Assembly (NCBI RefSeq): GCF_000025685.1 | Contig: NC_013964.1 | Location: forward strand, 390,001-422,000 | Direction of reading: 5' to 3' | Origin: Haloferax volcanii DS2 | GTDB taxonomy: Archaea > Halobacteriota > Halobacteria > Halobacteriales > Haloferacaceae | Length of the DNA: 32,000 nt | Shown: piece by piece, positions 24,982 to 32,000 of the stretch | How the letters are laid out: each line of letters starts with the position of its first letter | Position numbering within the stretch: position 1 is the first letter of the stretch | Made by a program: the position numbers and the translations under genes | The notes under the pieces: generated by a model | Databases searched by the model: none | What the model saw: the letters and a program-made list of their open reading frames with translations, nothing else | What the model was told of the DNA's origin: nothing

Positions 24982-26148
24982 CTACGCGGCCAGCGGGATG
25001 ATGATAACGAGGAGCTTCGCGTAGACGACCATGAACAGGAGCGCGAAGGGGTAGGTGTTACCGTAGCCCGCCGCGACCTCGTCGGCTCCGGTGGCGTCGA
25101 CGGCGGCCGCGAGACCCTTCGTGTCGGTGTGGCCGCCCGTGATACCGCCGGCGGCGCTAATCCAGTCCATGCCCCAGACGTAGCGAGTGAGCGCGAGCCC
25201 GGCGAGGATGGCGATAAAGCTCGTCAGCGCCGAGGCCGCCACGATTTGGAGGCCGTACTCGGAGATGGTTGCGAGGAAGCCGCCGCCGGCACCGATGCCG
25301 ACGACCGCGAGGAACATCGCGAGCGTGAACGCCCGAATCTCCGAGAGGATGCCGGTGTCCATGCGCGTCGGCACGGGACCCACCCGGCCGAAGTAACCGA
25401 AGACGAGCGCGGCGACGAGGACGCCGCCGGTGGTCCCGAGCGAGGGCGTGCCGAACGGTCCCATCGGAATCGGAATCGACCCGATGACCGCGCCGGCGAC
25501 GATGACGAGCGCGTAGCCCATCACGCTGAACGTCACCTCGGTGACCGACGAGCCCGATTCGTCGTCGTCGGTGCCGCCGATAGCCTCGTCGAAGCCGCGC
25601 TTCTCCTCGTCGAGGTCGAGGCGGGCGATGACGGGGTACAACTGCTGGAACACGACGATGACGAGCACGCCGACGACGTAGCCGACCGAGTGGCCGATTT
25701 GGTAGTCCTGCCGGGCGGCCGCGGGGAGGGCCTCGATAGCCGACCCCAGCCCCGGACTGCTCGTCAGCGCGCCCGAGAACGACCCCATGATGAGGGGCGT
25801 CGACGCGTTGGGGAAGACGAACTGCGTCCAGACGTAGGTGAGCGCCAGCGCGACGGTCGGCATCAGCACCGCGACGGCGACGAAGTTGAGCCCGTACGCC
25901 TTGACGGTCCCCTCGATTTCGTGCGCCGCGATGAGACCGACGGCGGCGACGAACAGCGCCAGCGTGAGCCCGCTGTACGCGTCGGGGACGGTGAAGCCGA
26001 AGTGGCCGAGCACCAGCCCCGCAAACAGCGGGCCGGCGACGCCGAACTTGACGCCGCGGAAGCTGATTTTGCCGAGCCCCATCCCGACGAGCACCGCGAG
26101 GAACAGGACGAACAGGCCGTTGCCGACGAGCGACTCGACTATCGCCAC
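24982..26148 (-). CDS. AAE-family (YidE/YbjL/AspT-like) transporter, short form without TrkA-C domains
   Basis: 388 aa with a GTG start. It has two homologous 5-TM halves. The first begins LVGMGLGKISFRGVKFGVAGPLFAGLVLGH and the second GTPSLGTTGGVLVAALVFGYFG. They are joined by a short acidic linker where TrkA-C domains normally sit. Confidence 0.7.
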   Translation of the reverse strand: MAIVESLVGNGLFVLFLAVLVGMGLGKISFRGVKFGVAGPLFAGLVLGHFGFTVPDAYSGLTLALFVAAVGLIAAHEIEGTVKAYGLNFVAVAVLMPTVALALTYVWTQFVFPNASTPLIMGSFSGALTSSPGLGSAIEALPAAARQDYQIGHSVGYVVGVLVIVVFQQLYPVIARLDLDEEKRGFDEAIGGTDDDESGSSVTEVTFSVMGYALVIVAGAVIGSIPIPMGPFGTPSLGTTGGVLVAALVFGYFGRVGPVPTRMDTGILSEIRAFTLAMFLAVVGIGAGGGFLATISEYGLQIVAASALTSFIAILAGLALTRYVWGMDWISAAGGITGGHTDTKGLAAAVDATGADEVAAGYGNTYPFALLFMVVYAKLLVIIIPLAA

Positions 26149-26396
26149 GGGCGGTCACCCCCGAGACCGAGATGCACGCGAGAGGTCGAACCGCACCCGA
26201 CCGAGCACCGTGACGGGCACTGACATAGTTGAATGTTCGGTGACATACACATGGAGATTCACAGATACGGTGGATAAGGCTTGATTCGATTCTCACGGGC
26301 TGACGACGAACCAAAAATCGCAGGACGGCAGCGCACACACTGTATTCTGCGGGATATTATCAGCCGCCACGTCGAGACGGCTCGATCGGCCCACAA

Positions 26397-27659
26397 TCAA
26401 CCATCATCTATGTGAAATGATTCGCGGAGTTCGGTCGTGAGTCGGTGCACGTCCAACTGTTCCGGCAGGTCGTCCCGGCCGTCGTGGTCCGTGAGCGAAC
26501 CGGGTTCGAACGCGGGGTTCCGCTTTTCGACCGTCTCCAGGGGAACCTTGGTCGTGACGGTGAAGTGTTCGACCGGCGAGACGAACCCCCAGAGCGCGCC
26601 CGCGGTGTTGAGAACGACGAGAATCGGCGTCCACGGGACCGCGAGGAGCGTGAGTTTCGACTCGGACCGGTAGCTCGCGACGCCGACGCCCGTCACGACG
26701 AACAGCGTGGCGAACTCGACGAGCGAGCCGATTCGGTAGAGCATCAGGTCGGGGAGCGCGCCGGGGACGAGAAACGTGAGGAGCGTTATCAGCGGGATGA
26801 GCGGCGAAAAGCCCCACGCGACGAGGCGGAACTGGAGGAACACCTGATAATGTAGCGGCAGGAGGTCAGAATCCTGTCGCGTCCCCGAGAACCACCGACG
26901 GCGCTGTTTGAGCATCGTCATCACCGACGGTGGTGCCTGATTGCGGAACTTGCAGTCCAGCACGTTGAACTCGAGGTTCGTCGCGCTGGCGGCGCGCCAC
27001 GCGAAGTCCGTGTCCTCGGTGATGGTCTTCGAGTCCCACGTGATGTCGTTTTCGAGGCGCGTCCGAATCGCGATGCCGCCGCCCCACGCGTACAGCGGGA
27101 ATCTGAACCGGCCGAACGCCCGCTGCTCGCGCTGGTAGCCGATGCGGAACACCTCCGAGAGATACGTCACCCACGACCCGGTGTACAGCGGGAGTTCCGT
27201 AATCTGGACGATGTCGCCCTCCGGCAACCCCTCGAAGTTCGCCATCAGCGTGTCCTCGTCGAGGTAGAGGACGAACTCCTTGTCGCAGGGAATCTCGCGG
27301 CGCGCCCATTCGAGCGCCCGGCCCTTGTGGGTCGCCGTGCAGGTGAACTCCTCGGGGACGACGTGGACCGACGCACCGTCCACCGAAATCGGCTTCTCGG
27401 CGACGACCCGAACGTCCGCGAGGCCGTCGGGCACCGCGTCGACCGTCGATTGGACGATGCCCGCCGCGTCGATGGTGATGATACGGACTTGGATGTCGTC
27501 GTAGCCGTAGGCGACGTCGTCGGCGGCGATAGTCTGTCGCCACGCGAGGACGAGCACCTCGACGAACCACGTGAAGACCGACGCCGAGTAGAGCGCGAAG
27601 ACGGTCCAGACGAGCATCAAGAGGACGAATATCGCCAGCTCGGACTGGACTTCGAACAT
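26397..27659 (-). CDS. Membrane-integrated family 2 glycosyltransferase with processive-synthase-type motifs
   Basis: 420 aa from ATG 27659 (MFEVQSELAIFVLLMLVW TM). It has YLDEDT (DxD), ITEDTDF (TED) and KQRRRWFSG (QxxRW), plus 3-4 C-terminal TM helices. The longer track ORF to 27908 adds a non-coding-looking extension. Confidence 0.8.
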   Translation of the reverse strand: MFEVQSELAIFVLLMLVWTVFALYSASVFTWFVEVLVLAWRQTIAADDVAYGYDDIQVRIITIDAAGIVQSTVDAVPDGLADVRVVAEKPISVDGASVHVVPEEFTCTATHKGRALEWARREIPCDKEFVLYLDEDTLMANFEGLPEGDIVQITELPLYTGSWVTYLSEVFRIGYQREQRAFGRFRFPLYAWGGGIAIRTRLENDITWDSKTITEDTDFAWRAASATNLEFNVLDCKFRNQAPPSVMTMLKQRRRWFSGTRQDSDLLPLHYQVFLQFRLVAWGFSPLIPLITLLTFLVPGALPDLMLYRIGSLVEFATLFVVTGVGVASYRSESKLTLLAVPWTPILVVLNTAGALWGFVSPVEHFTVTTKVPLETVEKRNPAFEPGSLTDHDGRDDLPEQLDVHRLTTELRESFHIDDG

Positions 27660-27817
27660 GTAGATTAGACAGACATTCTTGGAGTAATGAATGTACGGAC
27701 TACGGAATCGACCGACTCGGTGCGGGCCGGGAGCCGTCGCCCGCGACGAGACAGAGCAGTGCTGGAATCTGAGAACCAGCACAACCCACTTCCCCCGTGT
27801 TGACCGACTGACTACCA

Positions 27818-28459
27818 ATGGCTGATTCCACGAGCGGCGTCGCGGAGGCGAAAGCCGACACACTGCGGGAACAACACCTCCAGCTCCTGCTGGAAATCGA
27901 GCCTGCAAAGCGCTGTTCGTGCCCGTTAGCCGGCCCCGACTCGGCGGTCGAAGACGTCCACACGCAGCTCGACGGCGACGTCTGCCACGCCGAGGTGACC
28001 GTCGGCGACGGGGACGCCTCGAAAGTGGTCCACGCGACGACGAGCGTCGGCGACGACTGTCTCTGCCGGGCGTTCGCCGAGTTCGAATGCGTACCGCGAA
28101 TCCGCCGCGCCGACGGCGAGTGTATCGTCGTCGAGACGTATCTCTCGGACCGCGCGGTCATCACCGACCTCGTGGAGCGGCTCGACGAACTGACCGAGCG
28201 GGTCTGTCTCAGGCGACTCACCTCCGACGGGCGCGGCGATTCGACCGAGTCGAAGACGGCGACTATCGACCTCTCGTCGCTCACGGCGAAACAGCGCGAG
28301 GCGGCGCTCATCGCCGTCCACCACGGCTACTACGAGACGCCGCGACGGACGGAGTTGGCGACGCTCGCGGAGGCGCTCGGCATCTCGAAGTCGGCGCTCT
28401 CCCAGCGGTTGAACGCCGTGGAAGCCAAGCTCGCGACGGCGGTGTTCGACTCCGAGTAA
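27818..28459 (+). CDS. dmsR: Cys-rich transcription regulator with C-terminal HTH_10 (Bat-type) domain, DmsR/NarO-like
   Basis: 213 aa. The C-terminal LTAKQREAALIAVHHGYYETPRRTELATLAEALGISKSALSQRLNAVEAKL is the haloarchaeal HTH_10 signature. The N-terminal domain carries 8 Cys (RCSCP, VCHAE, DCLCRAF, ECVP, ECIVV). Its position directly upstream of dmsA matches the haloarchaeal dmsREABCD layout. The symbol is positional. Confidence 0.65.
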   Translation: MADSTSGVAEAKADTLREQHLQLLLEIEPAKRCSCPLAGPDSAVEDVHTQLDGDVCHAEVTVGDGDASKVVHATTSVGDDCLCRAFAEFECVPRIRRADGECIVVETYLSDRAVITDLVERLDELTERVCLRRLTSDGRGDSTESKTATIDLSSLTAKQREAALIAVHHGYYETPRRTELATLAEALGISKSALSQRLNAVEAKLATAVFDSE

Positions 28460-28591
28460 TCCCTCGACTACCCCGCAAAAACGGCAGACAGCTGACGTTC
28501 GAGACGGCTCGGTGCGACGTCGAGTATATAAACCGCTTCATTATCCAGCGGGTGGCCTACCGAGGCCGCCACCCTCGGTACGTGTGTAACC

Positions 28592-28831
28592 ATGAACGAC
28601 CCACAACAGCCGCGACTGACTCCGCTCGACGAGTGGGAGACGGAAGCGGCGAACATCCTCGACGGGGGCGATTACGACGCCGAGTTGGGACTGCGGATGG
28701 CCCGCGACGCGATTCGGGTCTCGAACGGCGAACTCTCAGACGAGGCGTTCCACGAGAAGTACCACGAGGCGGTCGTCGCGGAGTTCGGTGAGGACGCCCG
28801 CCCGACCGAACCGGAGGGGTTCGATGAGTGA
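28592..28831 (+). CDS. Small acidic protein in the dmsE position of the DMSO reductase operon
   Basis: 79 aa with acidic haloarchaeal composition. Its stop overlaps the dmsA start (GATGAGTGA, 28823-28831), indicating translational coupling. A TATATAAA box lies at 28525-28532 upstream. Confidence 0.55.
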   Translation: MNDPQQPRLTPLDEWETEAANILDGGDYDAELGLRMARDAIRVSNGELSDEAFHEKYHEAVVAEFGEDARPTEPEGFDE

Positions 28832-31355
28832 CGACGGACGCGGCTCGACGGGAGGTGGTGGCGACGGCGACGGCGACGGCGTGTTCAGACGCGACGTGCT
28901 GAAAGCCAGCGGGGCCGCGGCCGTCGCGCTCGGACTCGGGGGCGGCGGCTACGCCTCCTCGCTGGCCGAGACCGCCACCGAACCGGCGTCGAGGCAGAAC
29001 CCCGGCATCGAGAGCTACGTCGGACAGGACGAGATTATCAGGACGGCGTGCGCGCCGAACTGTCGCGGGAAGTGTCCGCTCGAAGCGCACGTCCGCGACG
29101 GACGCGTCAGGAAAATCGAGCCGCAGATTCCCGAAGACGAGCGGTACAAACGCGCCTGTACCCTCGGGCTGTCGCACACCCAGCGCATCTACAACGCCAC
29201 GCGGCTCAAGTACCCGATGAAGCGCGTCGGCTGGGAGCCGGGGAGTCCGAACCCCGAGGGCCGCGGCGACGCCGCCGAGTTCGAGCGCGTCACGTGGGAC
29301 GAGGCGCTCGACTACATCGCCGCGGAGATGGAGCGCGTCCGCGACGACTACGGCCCCGAGAGCGTCTACTTCGAGACGGGGTCGGGGAACAACGGCATCA
29401 GCGGCACCATCCAGAGCCGGCTGTCGTCGCTGTTCGGCGGGACTCAGAAGTCGTGGTCCATCGACATCAACGTCGGACTCGGCTTCAGTCGACTCGCCGG
29501 GGCCGGCTTCTTCAACGTCCCGACCAACGAGGTCGTCGACTGGCGGAACGCGAACACGGTCATCGTCTGGGGGTCGGACATCTTCGCCAGCAACCTCCAA
29601 CAGGACGCCTCGAAGCTCCTCGACGCGGTCGAAAACGGCGCGAAGCTCGTCTGCGTCGACCCGGTGTACACGAACACCGCCGCGAAGGCCGACCTCTGGC
29701 TCCCCATCAAGCCGGGGAAGGACACGCTCCTGACCCTGTCGATGATTAAGACAGTCCTCGCCGACGAGACCTACGACACCGAGTTCCTTCGGAAGCGGAC
29801 ACTCGGGCCGGCGCTCGTCCGCGACGACACGGGCGAACTGCTCGACGCGAGCGACGTGTTCGACGACGTGACCGAGGACCTGCCCGTCGCGGTCGACGAA
29901 TCGACGGGCGAGCCGGTCGCGCTCGAACCCGAGACGTACGGTGAGTACGCGCTGTTCGGTGAGTACACCGTCGCTGGCGTCGACTGCCACACGGCGCTTT
30001 CGCTCCTCGAAGAACACGTCTCCGACTACGACCCCGACGCCGTCGCCGCCGAGGTCGGCATCAACGCCGACAACATCCGCACCGCGGTGCGCTGGCTCGC
30101 AACGCGCGGCCCCGGCGGCATCGCCTCCGGCTACGGCGTCGACCGCTACAAGTACGGTCACACCTTCGGGCAGGCGTACGCCATCCTCCTCGGGCTGACC
30201 GGCGACTTCGGTCGCCACGGGAGCATTCAGGGGAGCCACCCGCTCGGCGGGTCGTACGACAACGGCGGCTACGACGCCCCCGAGGACGGGCCCGGAACCA
30301 CGTCGCTCCCGCAGACGGACATCCTCACCGCGATAGAGTCCGGCGACCCCTACCAGCTAAAGGTGATGTACTCACAGGAGTCGAACTTCATCGCCAACCA
30401 GATGCCGGACAGACAGCGGTGGCTGGAGGCGTCGAAGAAACTCGACCTCATCGCCGTCGCCGACATGCACCACACGCCGTCGGTCCAGCACGCGGACATC
30501 ATCCTCCCCGCGTCCCACTGGTTCGAACGCGAGGACGTCGTCGACACGTGGGGCGGCCACCCGCACATCATGTACCGCCAGCCCGCCCACGACCCGCTGT
30601 GGGAGTCGAAGTCCGACCACTGGATGCTGGTCAGGCTGGCCGAGCGCCTCGGCTTCGGTGACTACTTCAACCGCGATAAGTCGGCGACGCTCCGAGAACT
30701 GCTCGCCAACGACGACGAGGTGGACTACGAGACGCTGAAAGAACAGGGAACGGTGAAGGTGAGCACGCCGGTCGTCAAGTTCACTGGGGAGTTCAACACC
30801 CCGTCGGGCCGGCTGGAACTGTACGACGAGGACGCGCCGACCGAAGGCGGCGTCACGCTGGAACTGCCGAAGCACATCGAGAGCCGGACGGCCGACGACT
30901 GGGACACGGCGGAGGACTACCCGCTGATGTTCATCCAGAAGCACTCGAAGTGGCGCATCCACTCGCAGTACGAGTACCAAAACTGGCTGCGGGAGATAAA
31001 CAACGAGCCGCAGTTGGACATCAACCCGAAGGACGCCGCGGCCCGCGGCATCGAAGACGGCGACTACGTCCGCGTCCACAACGAGCGCGGCGAGATGGTC
31101 GTGAAGGCGAAGCTGAACGACGGGATGCAGCCCGGGCTGGTGAACACCGACCAAGGCTGGTGGGGAAGCGACTACGTCCGCGGCCACCACAACGACCTGA
31201 CCCACACGGACGTGTGTGAGGTGACGGGGAACTTCGCGTTCTACGACACCAGAGTCGAGGTCGAACCGGCACCGAGCGACGTCGACACGAGCAAGTACAC
31301 GAGCGACCAGCCGACCGGTTCGGGCGCGACCAGCGCCGGGGCGGGAGGTGACTGA
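28824..31355 (+). CDS. dmsA: DMSO/TMAO reductase catalytic subunit A (molybdopterin oxidoreductase, Tat-exported)
   Basis: 843 aa from ATG 28824. It has the twin-arginine signal GVFRRDVLKASGAAAVALG, the FS0 cluster motif CAPNCRGKCPL (Cx3Cx3C), molybdopterin oxidoreductase blocks, and a C-terminal MopB beta-barrel (GDYVRVHNERGEMVVKAKL). Confidence 0.9.
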   Translation: MSDDGRGSTGGGGDGDGDGVFRRDVLKASGAAAVALGLGGGGYASSLAETATEPASRQNPGIESYVGQDEIIRTACAPNCRGKCPLEAHVRDGRVRKIEPQIPEDERYKRACTLGLSHTQRIYNATRLKYPMKRVGWEPGSPNPEGRGDAAEFERVTWDEALDYIAAEMERVRDDYGPESVYFETGSGNNGISGTIQSRLSSLFGGTQKSWSIDINVGLGFSRLAGAGFFNVPTNEVVDWRNANTVIVWGSDIFASNLQQDASKLLDAVENGAKLVCVDPVYTNTAAKADLWLPIKPGKDTLLTLSMIKTVLADETYDTEFLRKRTLGPALVRDDTGELLDASDVFDDVTEDLPVAVDESTGEPVALEPETYGEYALFGEYTVAGVDCHTALSLLEEHVSDYDPDAVAAEVGINADNIRTAVRWLATRGPGGIASGYGVDRYKYGHTFGQAYAILLGLTGDFGRHGSIQGSHPLGGSYDNGGYDAPEDGPGTTSLPQTDILTAIESGDPYQLKVMYSQESNFIANQMPDRQRWLEASKKLDLIAVADMHHTPSVQHADIILPASHWFEREDVVDTWGGHPHIMYRQPAHDPLWESKSDHWMLVRLAERLGFGDYFNRDKSATLRELLANDDEVDYETLKEQGTVKVSTPVVKFTGEFNTPSGRLELYDEDAPTEGGVTLELPKHIESRTADDWDTAEDYPLMFIQKHSKWRIHSQYEYQNWLREINNEPQLDINPKDAAARGIEDGDYVRVHNERGEMVVKAKLNDGMQPGLVNTDQGWWGSDYVRGHHNDLTHTDVCEVTGNFAFYDTRVEVEPAPSDVDTSKYTSDQPTGSGATSAGAGGD

Positions 31356-31357
31356 CC

Positions 31358-32000
31358 ATGACTAACTACGGCTTAGTAATCGACCAAGAGCGGTGTATCG
31401 GCTGTCACGCCTGCGCCGTGACGTGTAAACAGGAGAACAACGTCGGCCTCGGCCAGTACTGGAACCGCGTGCTCACCGAGGGCGGCGACAAGATGGACAC
31501 GCCGGCCGGGACGTACCCGGAAAACGGCGAGGACGGCACGCTGGAGATGTCCTACCAGCCGACGGCCTGCCAGCACTGCGACAACGCGCCGTGCGTGAAG
31601 GTGTGTCCGGTCAACGCGACCTACACCCGCGAGGACGGCATCGTCGAAATCGACTACGACAAGTGTATCGGCTGTCGCTACTGCATGGCCGCCTGCCCGT
31701 ACAACGCCCGCGTGTTCAACTGGGACGAACCGCAGACGGTCCCCGAAGACGGCACCGGCGACGTGCCGGCCCGGCCGCAGGGCGTCGTCGAGAAGTGTAC
31801 GTTCTGTTCACACCGCGTCGAGGAGGGGCTCGACCCCGCCTGCGTCGTGAACTGCCCGGCGGACGCCCGCATCTTCGGTGACCTCGACAACGAGGAAAGC
31901 ACCGTCTCGAAGTACATCAGAAAGTACCAGACGACGCGACTGCTCGAAGACCGCGGCACCGACCCGAAGACGTACTACATCCGCGGCGAGATGAGTCCGG
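31358..32000 (+). CDS. dmsB: DMSO reductase iron-sulfur subunit B (4x[4Fe-4S] ferredoxin), C-terminally truncated by window end
   Basis: My translation from ATG 31358 is MTNYGLVIDQERCIGCHACAVTCKQEN...CQHCDNAPCVKVCP...CIGCRYCMAACP...CTFCSHR...CVVNCP. There are four Cys clusters, and it starts 2 nt after the dmsA stop. It is not in the track because there is no stop in the window. Confidence 0.9.
   Translation, partial: MTNYGLVIDQERCIGCHACAVTCKQENNVGLGQYWNRVLTEGGDKMDTPAGTYPENGEDGTLEMSYQPTACQHCDNAPCVKVCPVNATYTREDGIVEIDYDKCIGCRYCMAACPYNARVFNWDEPQTVPEDGTGDVPARPQGVVEKCTFCSHRVEEGLDPACVVNCPADARIFGDLDNEESTVSKYIRKYQTTRLLEDRGTDPKTYYIRGEMSP

Overview
GC-rich DNA (about two-thirds G+C by eye, strong G/C third-position bias) with haloarchaeal hallmarks. 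The predicted proteins are very acidic. Most genes are leaderless, with an A/T-rich TATA hexamer 29-33 nt upstream of the start codon, often behind a CGAAAC BRE-like word. There is also a Tat lipoprotein and an HTH_10/Bat-type regulator. I support 30 protein-coding features, two of them truncated by the window edges. I see no rRNA, tRNA, CRISPR array, transposase or integrase. Many long Arg/Pro/Gly-rich ORFs in the track are antisense shadow ORFs typical of high-GC DNA.

The window falls into three blocks:

(i) ~0.4-16 kb is a glycoside/sugar-acid catabolic island. It holds split UxaA/GarD-family dehydratase genes, a CBM9-like protein, two ThuA-like proteins, an LLM flavin oxidoreductase, a GH4 glycosidase and a Usp. 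It also holds two enolase-superfamily enzymes, a Gfo/Idh/MocA dehydrogenase, a DHDPS-family enzyme and a 649-aa orphan.

(ii) ~16-27.7 kb is a membrane/envelope block. It includes a 777-aa pentapeptide-repeat protein fused to a TVGYGD K+-channel pore. It also includes a tightly packed four-gene cluster: Tat lipoprotein, membrane-fused aminopropyltransferase-like protein, a 174-aa unknown and a 323-aa zinc-ribbon protein.

(iii) 27.8-32 kb is a dmsR-like regulator followed by a small ORF, dmsA and dmsB (DMSO/TMAO reductase).

The best candidates for something undescribed are the pentapeptide-channel fusion, the aminopropyltransferase-centred cluster, the orphan-containing catabolic island, a start-less UxaA paralog sitting in frame behind a TGA, and a triple 17-bp palindrome in a low-GC spacer. 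All family calls rest on motif recognition by eye. No database search was possible.
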